Virus record (IMG/VR): IMGVR_UViG_3300048837_000408 | Coordinates: 1 to 62,620 of that record | Source of the DNA: a virus | Taxonomy: Duplodnaviria > Caudoviricetes | Strand: one strand, 5' to 3' | Length of the DNA: 62,620 nt | Part shown: positions 29,805 through 38,799 of the stretch, piece after piece | Position numbering within the stretch: position 1 is the first letter of the stretch | Layout of the letters: each line of letters begins with the position of its first letter | Program-made: the position numbers and the translations under genes | Notes under the pieces: generated by a model | What the model saw: the letters and a program-made list of their open reading frames with translations, nothing else | Database searches by the model: none | Told to the model about the DNA's origin: nothing

Positions 29805-30103
29805 ACCCGGAAGTAATACGGAATTTCATACTCATCTTCAAACACCAACTCAACCACAATCCCAGCATCTAACAAAACTAGAGCCTCATCCAAAACAAGG
29901 GTGGTTCCGAAGCAAGGCTTTCCCTGCTCATTCATATTGAATGCCGCCCGCACGAAGATCAGATCCATCGCATCCAGCATCTCGGTCATCCCCTGTAGGT
30001 TGTGGAACAGAGCATTGACACCCCCATCGAACTGTACCGGATTGATGTCATTCTCTACGATCTCATATACCTTCTCAGAGATTATGCCAACTAAGTCCTT
30101 CAT
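29783..30103 (-). CDS. Hypothetical protein
   Basis: MKDLVGII start within the 158-aa ORF. Confidence 0.55.
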   Translation of the reverse strand: MKDLVGIISEKVYEIVENDINPVQFDGGVNALFHNLQGMTEMLDAMDLIFVRAAFNMNEQGKPCFGTTLVLDEALVLLDAGIVVELVFEDEYEIPYYFRVCCREVW

Positions 30104-31232
30104 CTTCCCAGCCCCTTTCCCCAGTGAAACCAAATCTAATTGCACCAATACCCGACTTATACCCACCGCGACTTGCCCCCATAATAAGATAAGAACTACC
30201 TTCAATATATGGAAGTTTATTCGCTTTGTTATCCTTACCCATATCGACAAAGATACCATCAGGGTTGTAAATCAGGACAATCATATAGGCCATTGCTTCA
30301 GCCAGCCGACTATAACGAATGTGGTTTACTCTCGGAATACCTCCAATGTACTTATCACTCAATTGACACAGCAATACAATGGGACGATCAATCAACTTTG
30401 CCGTGTTTGCGATAGTCATGTAGATATAGGATGCATTTGCTGTATCTTCCCGCCCCCCCTTGGGAGTCATCAAATCCGCAAAGTCAATGAATACACAATA
30501 AATCTCGGGGTCACTAGCAATAAGGCGGCTGATGGCAACGGAGGCAGAATCCACATCATAGATCCCATCATCCATTCTCAGTAGCTTTCTCTGCCCATCG
30601 GGTAGGTTGGGTCGTATCTCAAACCACCGCGCCATGATCTCCTCAGCCTTCATCTCTAAACTCAGTAATCCGACTTTCTTTTTCTTGCGGGTCATCTTGT
30701 CTATCAACTTAACAACCGTAGTTGTTTTTCCAGTTTTGGGTGGTGCTCCCACTAAGATCATTCCAGATGCGGGCATCCCCCCAAAGTATTCATCCCATCC
30801 CTCCCAGTAAGTCGGTATCCACTTAGCTTTCCTTGGCTCAATCTGATCGCCAGATCGCCAGTTGAAGCGGTTGATTTCCAGCTTTGAGAGTTCAGCACCG
30901 GCCCTACTAATATCTATCTCCTCACCCTTGAGGAGCCTCCGCACCGATTTATCCAACGATGCGCCGACCTGAACGCGGGTTGCAACCGTTTCCAATAACT
31001 TGATGTATGAACTTGTGTCTGTATCTTTTACTGAGTCTGCGGCGAGTAGCGCCGTCTGTACTGGTTGAAAGCCCACGTGCCCTATAATATCGGCCTGATC
31101 TTTTCCGGCCACCACCTCCTTTACGATCTGATCATACGGCGCTTCCAGCGCCAACAGGTCTACCGATGCGGGGCTGATCCTTCCTTGCAGCACCAGCCCA
31201 GTGACGATTTGTGATGCCGCCGACCAATCCAT
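30075..31232 (-). CDS. DnaB-like replicative helicase
   Basis: GAPPKTGKT Walker A, SLEM, FIDFADL, LCQL motifs. Confidence 0.88.
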   Translation of the reverse strand: MDWSAASQIVTGLVLQGRISPASVDLLALEAPYDQIVKEVVAGKDQADIIGHVGFQPVQTALLAADSVKDTDTSSYIKLLETVATRVQVGASLDKSVRRLLKGEEIDISRAGAELSKLEINRFNWRSGDQIEPRKAKWIPTYWEGWDEYFGGMPASGMILVGAPPKTGKTTTVVKLIDKMTRKKKKVGLLSLEMKAEEIMARWFEIRPNLPDGQRKLLRMDDGIYDVDSASVAISRLIASDPEIYCVFIDFADLMTPKGGREDTANASYIYMTIANTAKLIDRPIVLLCQLSDKYIGGIPRVNHIRYSRLAEAMAYMIVLIYNPDGIFVDMGKDNKANKLPYIEGSSYLIMGASRGGYKSGIGAIRFGFTGERGWEDEGLSWHNL

Positions 31233-31956
31233 TTGCTACCCATGCCTCCTCCGCTCGATGGAACGCCAACTCATAATAATGAGGATCATTCTCAATCCCA
31301 ATAAAACACCTTCGTAAATTGATACAAGCCTCAGCCGATGTACCAGACCCCATTACGGGATCTACTACCAGATCCCCCGGACGAGTATAGGTTTCGATAA
31401 GATACTCAAATAGGAGAAGCGGTTTTTGTGTTGGATGCACCTTCCCCTTCTGTGACGCATTAGAATAATTCAGAATATTCTTTGGGTAGTAAAGATTATT
31501 TCTTGTGGTCACAGCAGATGGGTCTATAAAATAATTTGTACTGGATGAATACCCACCCTTATTTCTAACCTTACCCCGCTCCTCCATCTTAGGATAATAG
31601 GTTACCTGTGATTTTCCAAATACCAATACATCCTCTGTAATTTGAAATGGCTGTTTTTTGGCATTGGCAAATCCAGCACTATTGTTTTTATTCCATACCC
31701 ACCGATGCCGATACTGCTTCAAATTACTCATTACCAACATACTGGTGAATGGCTCAATGGCAGTCAATACTATTGCAGCATTGGGGGTAGTGATCCGTTT
31801 AAACTGATCCCACATGACATCCAACGGAATCATTTTGTCCCAAGTATTACGTGCCGTTTTCTCATACGGCAGATCCGCCAAGATCATATTGACTGATCCA
31901 TCTCCCACCCGATCTAACAGATGTAGACATTCTCCCAACCACATTTGACAGTCCAT
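31132..31956 (-). CDS. N4/N6 DNA methyltransferase (beta class)
   Basis: DLPY, HPTQKP, DPVMGSGT, FIGIE. Confidence 0.92.
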   Translation of the reverse strand: MDCQMWLGECLHLLDRVGDGSVNMILADLPYEKTARNTWDKMIPLDVMWDQFKRITTPNAAIVLTAIEPFTSMLVMSNLKQYRHRWVWNKNNSAGFANAKKQPFQITEDVLVFGKSQVTYYPKMEERGKVRNKGGYSSSTNYFIDPSAVTTRNNLYYPKNILNYSNASQKGKVHPTQKPLLLFEYLIETYTRPGDLVVDPVMGSGTSAEACINLRRCFIGIENDPHYYELAFHRAEEAWVANGLVGGITNRHWAGAARKDQPRIGRPVGAGSAV

Positions 31957-32794
31957 ATAACACCTCCTTCAAACCTTGAGCATCTTTCTGTAAGTAATCA
32001 TTTGGATCTTTCGCGCCCTCCGGGTAATCCAATCGCGCCACCTGCCCACGCCAGTCTAAGCCAGCCGCCAGCAGGTTCGCTTCTCGTTCTTCGCCTTTAT
32101 CGGGTAGGATGCAGATTTTGTACGGCCACCAGCCAAACCAATCTGGCTTGATATTACTCTTGCCTACTGACGGTGTACTGACGGCATACCCCATTAAGGC
32201 CAACGAGATAGCATCGAATAATCCAAACGTAATAAAGAGGGTGGTTCCACCCATCTTCCAGGTGGGGGTATAAATCCCCGGCTTCTGTCCCTTCACTTGA
32301 AAGAACCTCTGCCCGGTCTTCCCTTGCACCCAGCTTCCAGCCCGAAACAAGATGTCCTTGAGAGAGCCGTCCTGTCGGTAGGATGGAACCACATACCACC
32401 CATCCCAATACCCCAACTGATACTTGCTGATCGCTTCCCCAATGCCACGCTTGATGAGATAGTCCTGGTATTCCTCATGCTTGCGTAAATACGAATGGGC
32501 AGCATTGACAAAGTGATCCGGTTCCATACCAGTTGGGATATGGGGTTCGTACTCTGCGGGTTTAGTGAGCCGGTTGATCGGACGAAGCGCAACACGCTCC
32601 AATAAATGCTCCGTCCGACCCGTTGCCCCGCACGCCACGCAGCGGTATCTGTCCTCGTATACCAGTAAGGATGGCTTGTTATCCTCATGGTAGGGGCAGA
32701 TCGCGGATACATAACGTTCGTACCGCCGTGCCCCTTCCAGAGCCATCGCAAGATCGAGGACATCACCGCTGGACATTCTTAGTCTTCCCTCCAC
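31862..32794 (-). CDS. DNA primase (CHC2 zinc finger plus TOPRIM)
   Basis: CPYHED.KPS..C..C, G.FDAIS, PD, KDPND; the usual TOPRIM E reads F (ITFG). Confidence 0.85.
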   Translation of the reverse strand: MEGRLRMSSGDVLDLAMALEGARRYERYVSAICPYHEDNKPSLLVYEDRYRCVACGATGRTEHLLERVALRPINRLTKPAEYEPHIPTGMEPDHFVNAAHSYLRKHEEYQDYLIKRGIGEAISKYQLGYWDGWYVVPSYRQDGSLKDILFRAGSWVQGKTGQRFFQVKGQKPGIYTPTWKMGGTTLFITFGLFDAISLALMGYAVSTPSVGKSNIKPDWFGWWPYKICILPDKGEEREANLLAAGLDWRGQVARLDYPEGAKDPNDYLQKDAQGLKEVLYGLSNVVGRMSTSVRSGGRWISQYDLGGSAV

Positions 32795-33624
32795 GCCTTG
32801 CGCTTCGCCTTGGGCGCAGGTTCCGGTTCGACTTCATCCTCATCATCTTCCCATTCTTCTTCATCCTGCTTGGGCTTCTTCACCTCGGCGGGAACTTCGA
32901 ATGGGTTCTCAAATTCTTCTTCCTCAACCGGCTTGGCTTTCTTGGTCGCACCCTTCACAGCTTTCTTGAACATACCCGCAGGTACTTCCGCCAGGGTCTT
33001 GATGTATCCATTCTCCATCGTCACCATGAACGGCTCATCCCGCTCCGAGAGGATCTGTTCCAGATAAGGCAACACATTGTCCGAGTAGGCAAGGCTTTCT
33101 TGCACCACATCGAACCCGGCCAACTCCAGGAAGTCATACACCTTTTTGTTCTGACCCTTGGAGCCATTCAGGTAGGCAGTCCCATCCTTGTCCCGTCCGA
33201 AGTTGTACTCCAGGAACAGGGGCATCTCCGCACCTTCCCAATCCCCATTCAGGATCTCCAACAGGACGGTGAACTGAAGGTGCTCGGGCTTGTAGTAACT
33301 GCGACCATCCCGGAGCTTGACATCCTTCCCCTCCACCATGCGGGGCATGGGAAGTTCACCGGGCTTGGCAACGAACCGCTTGAACCGAACGATGTGCGTG
33401 CCACCCGTAGGATACAGGGAGTACAGCATATCCCCACCGCCATTAGTACGGACGGTGCAGCTTTCCAGTTGGTTAGCCATTGGGAGGCACAGGTATTCCG
33501 GGATACCGTCTGGACGTGGGATGCGGATAGTCTCGTCCTCATCATAGATGATGATCGTGGACTTGCCGATCTTGACCTTGACATTACTCAAAGTATTACT
33601 GTAAGTCTTATTTTCAACGCGCAT
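32779..33624 (-). CDS. Probable single-stranded DNA-binding protein
   Basis: Next to primase; beta-rich core and long acidic C-terminal tail. Confidence 0.45.
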   Translation of the reverse strand: MRVENKTYSNTLSNVKVKIGKSTIIIYDEDETIRIPRPDGIPEYLCLPMANQLESCTVRTNGGGDMLYSLYPTGGTHIVRFKRFVAKPGELPMPRMVEGKDVKLRDGRSYYKPEHLQFTVLLEILNGDWEGAEMPLFLEYNFGRDKDGTAYLNGSKGQNKKVYDFLELAGFDVVQESLAYSDNVLPYLEQILSERDEPFMVTMENGYIKTLAEVPAGMFKKAVKGATKKAKPVEEEEFENPFEVPAEVKKPKQDEEEWEDDEDEVEPEPAPKAKRKAWRED

Positions 33625-33626
33625 TG

Positions 33627-33891
33627 TTATCCTCTTGTAAACTCAGCTTGACGGCGCTTGCACCGTAAGTCATGTGCTGACTGAACACCATCCGCCAGCG
33701 ACACCAATAGACCCTTGAACCCATCCATACTCAATACCGTTGTGGTCACACCATCTTCAGAACTCTGCTCGATAATACCCTCCCCAATTGGAACTCGTAC
33801 AAGTACCCGCCCCTCTGGGACGAATGTTGGATTGTATGGTTTATACTGTACGGGATCCCGTACTGATCTCCTTCAATTCAAACTCAATCAT
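33627..33891 (-). pseudogene. Frameshifted small gene
   Basis: MIEFELKEISTG... from ATG 33891 stops at 33841; a start-less +1 frame (DPVQYKPYNP...EFTRG) runs to 33627. Confidence 0.4.
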
Positions 33892-34114
33892 CTTCATCTG
33901 GTTTCCTCTGCAATCCCATATCCTCATCCGAGAACCCGGCCTCTCGCATTTGGTCAGCCAGCATGTTCCGGCGTATGTCTGCTATCGAGATACCAATATC
34001 CTCTGACATCTGTTTCAAAATCTCGTACTGCTCGGGTGTTGTCCCATCTGGGCGCAGCACCGAAGCCCCCGTTCTTTTTCGCCCCCTTTTCTTGGGATCT
34101 TCTTCAGGTGGCAT
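33884..34114 (-). CDS. Small possible DNA-binding protein
   Basis: Basic N-terminus, then EQYEILKQMSEDIGISIADI (ribbon-helix-helix-like). Confidence 0.5.
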   Translation of the reverse strand: MPPEEDPKKRGRKRTGASVLRPDGTTPEQYEILKQMSEDIGISIADIRRNMLADQMREAGFSDEDMGLQRKPDEDD

Positions 34115-34384
34115 ACTTACTCCTGTTTCAAAAATTCAGCATCAACCCGTTCGACTAACTCCGGGGCTACCACTAAGAGGGACTCACGATACCCGGCAGC
34201 ACCAGAAATCCAGGTCACGTTGTTCAGATCACACATCGTGCTAAGATCAGTACCAATCGCTATCAACGTGAGGGCATGGATCACTGTCATACTTGGAAGG
34301 CCAGAAGTTCTTCCTTCTTCTCCGCCCCAACACATGCGACCTTTTCCTCGAACGCACCCATCAACGCATCACGAAACTCTGTAT

Positions 34385-36016
34385 TCATTCCTCTCTCCTT
34401 GTACGAATAGACTTACCCCGTTTTTCCAAAAGGCTCAACAGATCACTGGTTACGGTCGGGACTTTATCCAACCGAATTGCTGATCGCACTATCGCACGCT
34501 TCGCTTCAATCAATGTATTTATATCCTCGTCTATGGTCCCCTCCATCACCAAGTAAACTGCCTCAACTGGGTACTCCTGACCCGTCCGATCCAACCGACC
34601 TTCAATCTGCTCCTCGATGGCGGGCGACCACTCCCGTCCGGCAAACAGGATGGTCGAGCAGTCGATCCCATTCTTGCCGAACAGATCAATCCCCTCACCC
34701 CCCGCTGAAGTCAGCAGCATCACCCGCTCATCTGTGCTGTTCTGCCAACGGTCGATCACCACCTGACGCTCCCGATTACTATCATCCCCGGTGATCTTAG
34801 TGGTCCCGAACTTATACAGGTAATCCTCCAGCGCAACCACTGAGGATTTATAACCGCAGTAGATCACCAGCTTACGATCATCGGAGGCATCCAGAAAATC
34901 CTCTGCCCACTCCGCCACATGCTTTGCCCGCACCCGCTCAAGCCACTGGCGCATTGCACCCAACCAGTCCAGTGAGTTTACAAAGTAACCCTTACTGCCG
35001 GGGAACTCCTGGTGGATGGTGAATGGATCTTCGTCATACAATCGATCATACACCTTACGCTGGGCGGAAGTAAGCATCAGCGGAACCATGGTGCGGGTGA
35101 GGGGTGGCAGTTGATCAGAGACTTCACGCTTGAACCTTCTCAGCATGATCCCCCGCAGCCGATCCTCCAACTCCTCCAGGTTCTTCGCTCCCTGATAGCC
35201 CTTCTCCGCAGTCAGACAATAGCGGTTGGCATAACTGTACCAGTTGTAGGCTTTGGGACTAAGCATGTGCAGGATATTGTAGAGTTCCATCGGGCGATTC
35301 ATAATAGGCGTACCGGATAGGCCAATGATGTAAGGCGTACCTAATGAGATTTGCTTTGCCGACTTCGCCCGCCGTGTCTTATGATTTTTCAAGCGGGTAA
35401 GTTCATCATAGATAATCAGATCGAACTTACCGCACAACTCCTGCTCACGCGACACCATAATATCGTAGGACATTACCAGTATGGATTTCTTGATTGGTTG
35501 GCGACCTGTATCTATCACCTGTACCAGATGCCCCGCCTCTGGATACCACCGTTTCAGTTCACGCTCCCACTTATAAAGGATTGAGGCGGGGCATACCACT
35601 AAGATTTTCGTCAGACGCTTATGCCTTGCCCACAGAATAGACTCGGGGGTTTTTCCGCAGCCCACTTCGTCTGCGATAATCCCTCTCCCGTTAATTCTAT
35701 TCAGGAACTCAACTGCAACTAATTGGTATGGGTAGGGGGCGATGTCCCCAGGCAGGGGGTCGATCTCGAAGTCTGAATGCAAGTGATTGAAGGTATCCTT
35801 CTTCGCCAGGTGATGCACATCCGGCCCCACCACCATCCGATCACCCATGATCTTGATCGTCTGTCGTGCGTGCCAAGGAGTAGCAGGTACTTGCCACCAG
35901 AACCGGCCATCCTCTCTATGGGGCTGACGATCTGGGATCTTCTTTACCAGATCATTCAACTCAGGATTGTACGCAAACGAGATGTCGATGGTTCCCCTGC
36001 CCAGGTTGATAGTCAT
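34385..36016 (-). CDS. SNF2/SMARCAL1-like helicase
   Basis: ADEVGCGKT, VVCPAS, YDE, LSGTP..NRP.EL, GEGIDL, QIEGRLDRTGQ; HARP-like N-terminus. Confidence 0.9.
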   Translation of the reverse strand: MTINLGRGTIDISFAYNPELNDLVKKIPDRQPHREDGRFWWQVPATPWHARQTIKIMGDRMVVGPDVHHLAKKDTFNHLHSDFEIDPLPGDIAPYPYQLVAVEFLNRINGRGIIADEVGCGKTPESILWARHKRLTKILVVCPASILYKWERELKRWYPEAGHLVQVIDTGRQPIKKSILVMSYDIMVSREQELCGKFDLIIYDELTRLKNHKTRRAKSAKQISLGTPYIIGLSGTPIMNRPMELYNILHMLSPKAYNWYSYANRYCLTAEKGYQGAKNLEELEDRLRGIMLRRFKREVSDQLPPLTRTMVPLMLTSAQRKVYDRLYDEDPFTIHQEFPGSKGYFVNSLDWLGAMRQWLERVRAKHVAEWAEDFLDASDDRKLVIYCGYKSSVVALEDYLYKFGTTKITGDDSNRERQVVIDRWQNSTDERVMLLTSAGGEGIDLFGKNGIDCSTILFAGREWSPAIEEQIEGRLDRTGQEYPVEAVYLVMEGTIDEDINTLIEAKRAIVRSAIRLDKVPTVTSDLLSLLEKRGKSIRTRREE

Positions 36017-36017
36017 T

Positions 36018-36272
36018 TTATTCCACCGGGATCAGATGACTAACCTTTGTGTACCACGTTTCAATGCGGGGTTCTGAACCGGGATCATTCGTCCAGTGAG
36101 GATATTCCACATCAACACAATCCTCTACATCCCCTGAAGTACACACACCTTCATCATTGGCATCATAACCCAATCCGCCGCAGCCTATCTCCACCACCGT
36201 ACCGATGCCCCACTGAGGGCGGAACTTATGCGTCACCTTATCACCAATCTTATACTTCAGGTTCTCACTCAT
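36018..36272 (-). CDS. Small SH3-like hypothetical protein
   Basis: YKIGDKVTH..PQWGIGTVVEI. Confidence 0.6.
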   Translation of the reverse strand: MSENLKYKIGDKVTHKFRPQWGIGTVVEIGCGGLGYDANDEGVCTSGDVEDCVDVEYPHWTNDPGSEPRIETWYTKVSHLIPVE

Positions 36273-36516
36273 TGTTATCCTCCAACTCTGCCCAACCGAT
36301 TACAGTACCATCGGGAACCAGATCGAACTCCCACATCGGACCAACATACACATACCAAAGTCGAATCCTGCTGTTCCACCCATAACCTACTTTACCACTT
36401 GAAAGGAACACACGCACATCCCTATTGGAGTTGGGATACTCACTCGCCGGTTTGAACCCCGCAGGTAATCGGGTAGGGAACAGCCACGACTTTATTACTT
36501 TTTTCAACCAGTTCAT
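36265..36516 (-). CDS. DUF551-like protein
   Basis: AAGGAG before MNWLKK; ASEYP...VIGWAEL pattern. Confidence 0.55.
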   Translation of the reverse strand: MNWLKKVIKSWLFPTRLPAGFKPASEYPNSNRDVRVFLSSGKVGYGWNSRIRLWYVYVGPMWEFDLVPDGTVIGWAELEDNNE

Positions 36517-36541
36517 CTTGTTTTCTCCTTGTGTAACTACA

Positions 36542-36599
36542 AGTATAATAACATTCTCAGAAAAGTCAATAGGCAATTTCCAAATTCCCATGTTATAAT
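36542..36599. promoter_or_regulatory. Divergent promoters for the replication operon (-) and RNase H (+)
   Basis: Minus strand TTGACT, 16 nt, TATACT; plus strand TGTTATAAT extended -10. Confidence 0.65.
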
Positions 36600-36621
36600 T
36601 ATAGAAAGGAAGAAAAACCCA

Positions 36622-37068
36622 ATGATAAATATCTACTCTGACGGTAGTTGTTATCCGAATCCAGGACCGGGGGGCTGGGGCGCAGTCCTGATAGACGAGG
36701 AGGACCGCAAGGAAATCCACGGCTCCGACCCCGCCACCACAATATCCCGTATGGAATTGATGGCCGCTATCCAGGCTCTCGAATGTCTGGTAATTCCCTG
36801 TGAGGTAAGGCTTTACACCGACAGCCAGTATGTACAGAAGGGGATGCGGGAGTGGTCGCTGGGTTGGATGATCAACGGATGGCACACCCACAATGGGGAT
36901 AAGGTAGCCAATGCCGACCTCTGGCAGCGGCTCCTCCGCGCAGCGAAACTCCACAAAGTAGAATGGATCTGGATACGTGGTCATAGTGGCAACCCCGAGA
37001 ACGAACGAGCAGACCGCCTAGCCCTACTCGGAAGGACGATAGCCGAGCAACAGTTAGATAATGATTAG
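36622..37068 (+). CDS. rnhA: Ribonuclease HI
   Basis: YSDGSC..NPGPGGWG, RMELMA, TDSQY, NADLW, GHSGNPENERADRLA. Confidence 0.95.
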   Translation: MINIYSDGSCYPNPGPGGWGAVLIDEEDRKEIHGSDPATTISRMELMAAIQALECLVIPCEVRLYTDSQYVQKGMREWSLGWMINGWHTHNGDKVANADLWQRLLRAAKLHKVEWIWIRGHSGNPENERADRLALLGRTIAEQQLDND

Positions 37069-37070
37069 AA

Positions 37071-37167
37071 TTTTCCGAATTGACACAATTCTTTTCCGAT
37101 TCGGAAGCAACTACTTCCGATATAGCAAAAAACTCGTCCGATATAGCAAGAAACCTTTCCGATTAAC
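37071..37167. repeat. Five iteron-like repeats with exact 21-bp period
   Basis: TCCGA cores at 37074, 37095, 37116, 37137, 37158; copies 3 and 4 share TCCGATATAGCAARAAAC. Confidence 0.8.
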
Positions 37168-37169
37168 TA

Positions 37170-37198
37170 TTGACTTTTGCCTCAAAAATCGTTACACT
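37170..37198 (+). promoter_or_regulatory. Sigma70-type promoter upstream of the structured element
   Basis: TTGACT, 17 nt spacer, TACACT. Confidence 0.65.
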
Positions 37199-37201
37199 CA
37201 A

Positions 37202-37358
37202 GGCGATGGTTGCATCGCAAGCGGTCGCAGGGAACTTGTTAGTTCCCGAAAGACAAAGCGAAGCAAGAGCAACCGCCGCGCCAGCGGCAGTGAGCCGGTT
37301 GCGACAGCAACCGTAGCGAACCGAAGCAGATAGCCCATCGCCCCCGAGTGTTAGGGGG
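37202..37358 (+). ncRNA. Candidate structured ncRNA or ssDNA initiation element
   Basis: Closing helix GGCGATGG/CCATCGCC enclosing several GC-rich hairpins; no credible CDS. Confidence 0.5.
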
Positions 37359-37574
37359 AAATATTTTTAATTTCAGTAAGTGTAAAGTTGACACTAAGGC
37401 ATCGTCCTTATGAGCAGTGACTATAGGTAGTTCGCTATCGCTCACTACCTATAGTAAAGATCAGAGTTTGGACAAGGGTTTGACTCAGACGAGGGGGAGG
37501 GTCTGGTGCTAACAAAGTCCCTGAACAGTAGTGCCCCTCTCACCCCCATTCCGTTTCCCCCCTCTCTCCCCAGA

Positions 37575-38243
37575 TTAGAAATCCCGATACTTGAGCTTCC
37601 ACATAATGCGATGTCCATTACGTGAAAACATTGTTACTGGGGGGCGGGCTACAATTCCTTCTGGTAGATAGGTTCCCTGTCCCTTATCTTGAATAGTGAC
37701 GATGCTGTTTGGTAGCAATCGTTCCAGATCCTCACAAGATGTGGGAAGATACTTGATACCTCCGCAGAAGGGGACTCTCGCTATTTGTAGGGAGGTGGCG
37801 AGGGTATCGAGGAAATCTGTTTCCATCCACCACCATCCACATACCGCCTCACCTGCAATGGCGCAGTCGAACAGGCGGAATCCTACTGTATTAGAATAGT
37901 TTCCACCCTTCTGAATCTTGGGTCCGTACCCCTCTCCGAAGATTACCACCTCTGGAAATCCTTCTGGTTTTTCAAAGACGGCGTGGAGTTTTTCTTTTGT
38001 GAATGTTTCCTGTAGGTATGAGAGGAGGAAGGTTGGCATCTGGGCATCTTTGGTACGTCCTCCGTACTCAATAGATCCATCCGAATGTAAGGCTATCCTG
38101 ACATTTGTGCCATCCACCTTCTCCGTGAGAACCCAGGTATTTATATATGAAAATTCTGGGAAGCGAACATCCGTAGTGATGACCTTGAATTTATCATCCC
38201 GGTTATATAGTGTCTCAATCTTTGGGTATTCTAGTGTAATCAT
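37575..38243 (-). CDS. RNA ligase (Rnl2-like adenylyltransferase domain)
   Basis: EKVDGTN, FGEGYG.KIQ, FRLFD, EGIV, KLK motifs. Confidence 0.85.
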   Translation of the reverse strand: MITLEYPKIETLYNRDDKFKVITTDVRFPEFSYINTWVLTEKVDGTNVRIALHSDGSIEYGGRTKDAQMPTFLLSYLQETFTKEKLHAVFEKPEGFPEVVIFGEGYGPKIQKGGNYSNTVGFRLFDCAIAGEAVCGWWWMETDFLDTLATSLQIARVPFCGGIKYLPTSCEDLERLLPNSIVTIQDKGQGTYLPEGIVARPPVTMFSRNGHRIMWKLKYRDF

Positions 38244-38489
38244 TTATCCTCCTAATGGTTTTGCTTTGCTGATGGCGGCTTTCAGTTCTTCTTGTAGTCT
38301 TCGGTTCTTTACCTCCAGTTGTTGTCGGATGATTGACTCATCCTCCATCCATGTACAGTAGACGCACATCATCTGCCCTACTGTTTCCCCCTCCTCGGGT
38401 TCAACGCAGATCAGGGGTAGGCCGCAGTTCTCGCAAAACTCAGCGTTACTCCAATCTTCTTGGGTCCATTTACTCCAGGGTCCGGTCAT
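38244..38489 (-). CDS. Small zinc-binding protein
   Basis: CENC and CVYC plus coiled tail. Confidence 0.55.
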   Translation of the reverse strand: MTGPWSKWTQEDWSNAEFCENCGLPLICVEPEEGETVGQMMCVYCTWMEDESIIRQQLEVKNRRLQEELKAAISKAKPLGG

Positions 38490-38491
38490 AG

Positions 38492-38707
38492 TTATTCCTC
38501 CTTAGTCATTTCCCGTAGAAACAATTTGCGTACCAGTGTGCGGATCTCGTAGTAATCCGAGTCGCACATCAGGCGGTACTCATTGAGGGCACGGAGCACA
38601 CCTTGGTAGTAAGCCCTTGCCTCAATGATTTCGATTTGAGTCTTCGCCGCCTGGTATGCGGCGTTGATCTCTCGGATCAGTTCATCCTTATTCCACATAT
38701 CCCTCAT
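38492..38707 (-). CDS. Hypothetical protein
   Basis: 71-aa helical ORF. Confidence 0.55.
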   Translation of the reverse strand: MRDMWNKDELIREINAAYQAAKTQIEIIEARAYYQGVLRALNEYRLMCDSDYYEIRTLVRKLFLREMTKEE

Positions 38708-38799
38708 TCAGGTCTGGACTTTTACCAGACGACCGCGCCAGCCTACAAACCCGACTGGCGGGGGTAATCCACGTTGGATCGAATAAAAATCCTATGGAC

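Noticed and set aside
32623-33651. 342-aa + strand ORF
   Set aside because: Antisense shadow of the SSB-like and primase genes
36517-36984. N-terminal extension of the 239-aa - strand ORF
   Set aside because: Antisense to RNase H; the RBS supports a start at 36516
37061-37333. 90-aa ORF with repeated RYSKK
   Set aside because: The repetition comes from the 21-bp DNA repeats and the rest overlies the hairpin element; no RBS
36622-37460. Retron or diversity-generating retroelement
   Set aside because: No reverse transcriptase motifs and no TR/VR pair found anywhere in the genome
38711-38790. Small hairpin cluster with CTGAATGAG resembling a hammerhead core
   Set aside because: Core does not match CUGANGA...GAAA and the stems do not form the three-way junction
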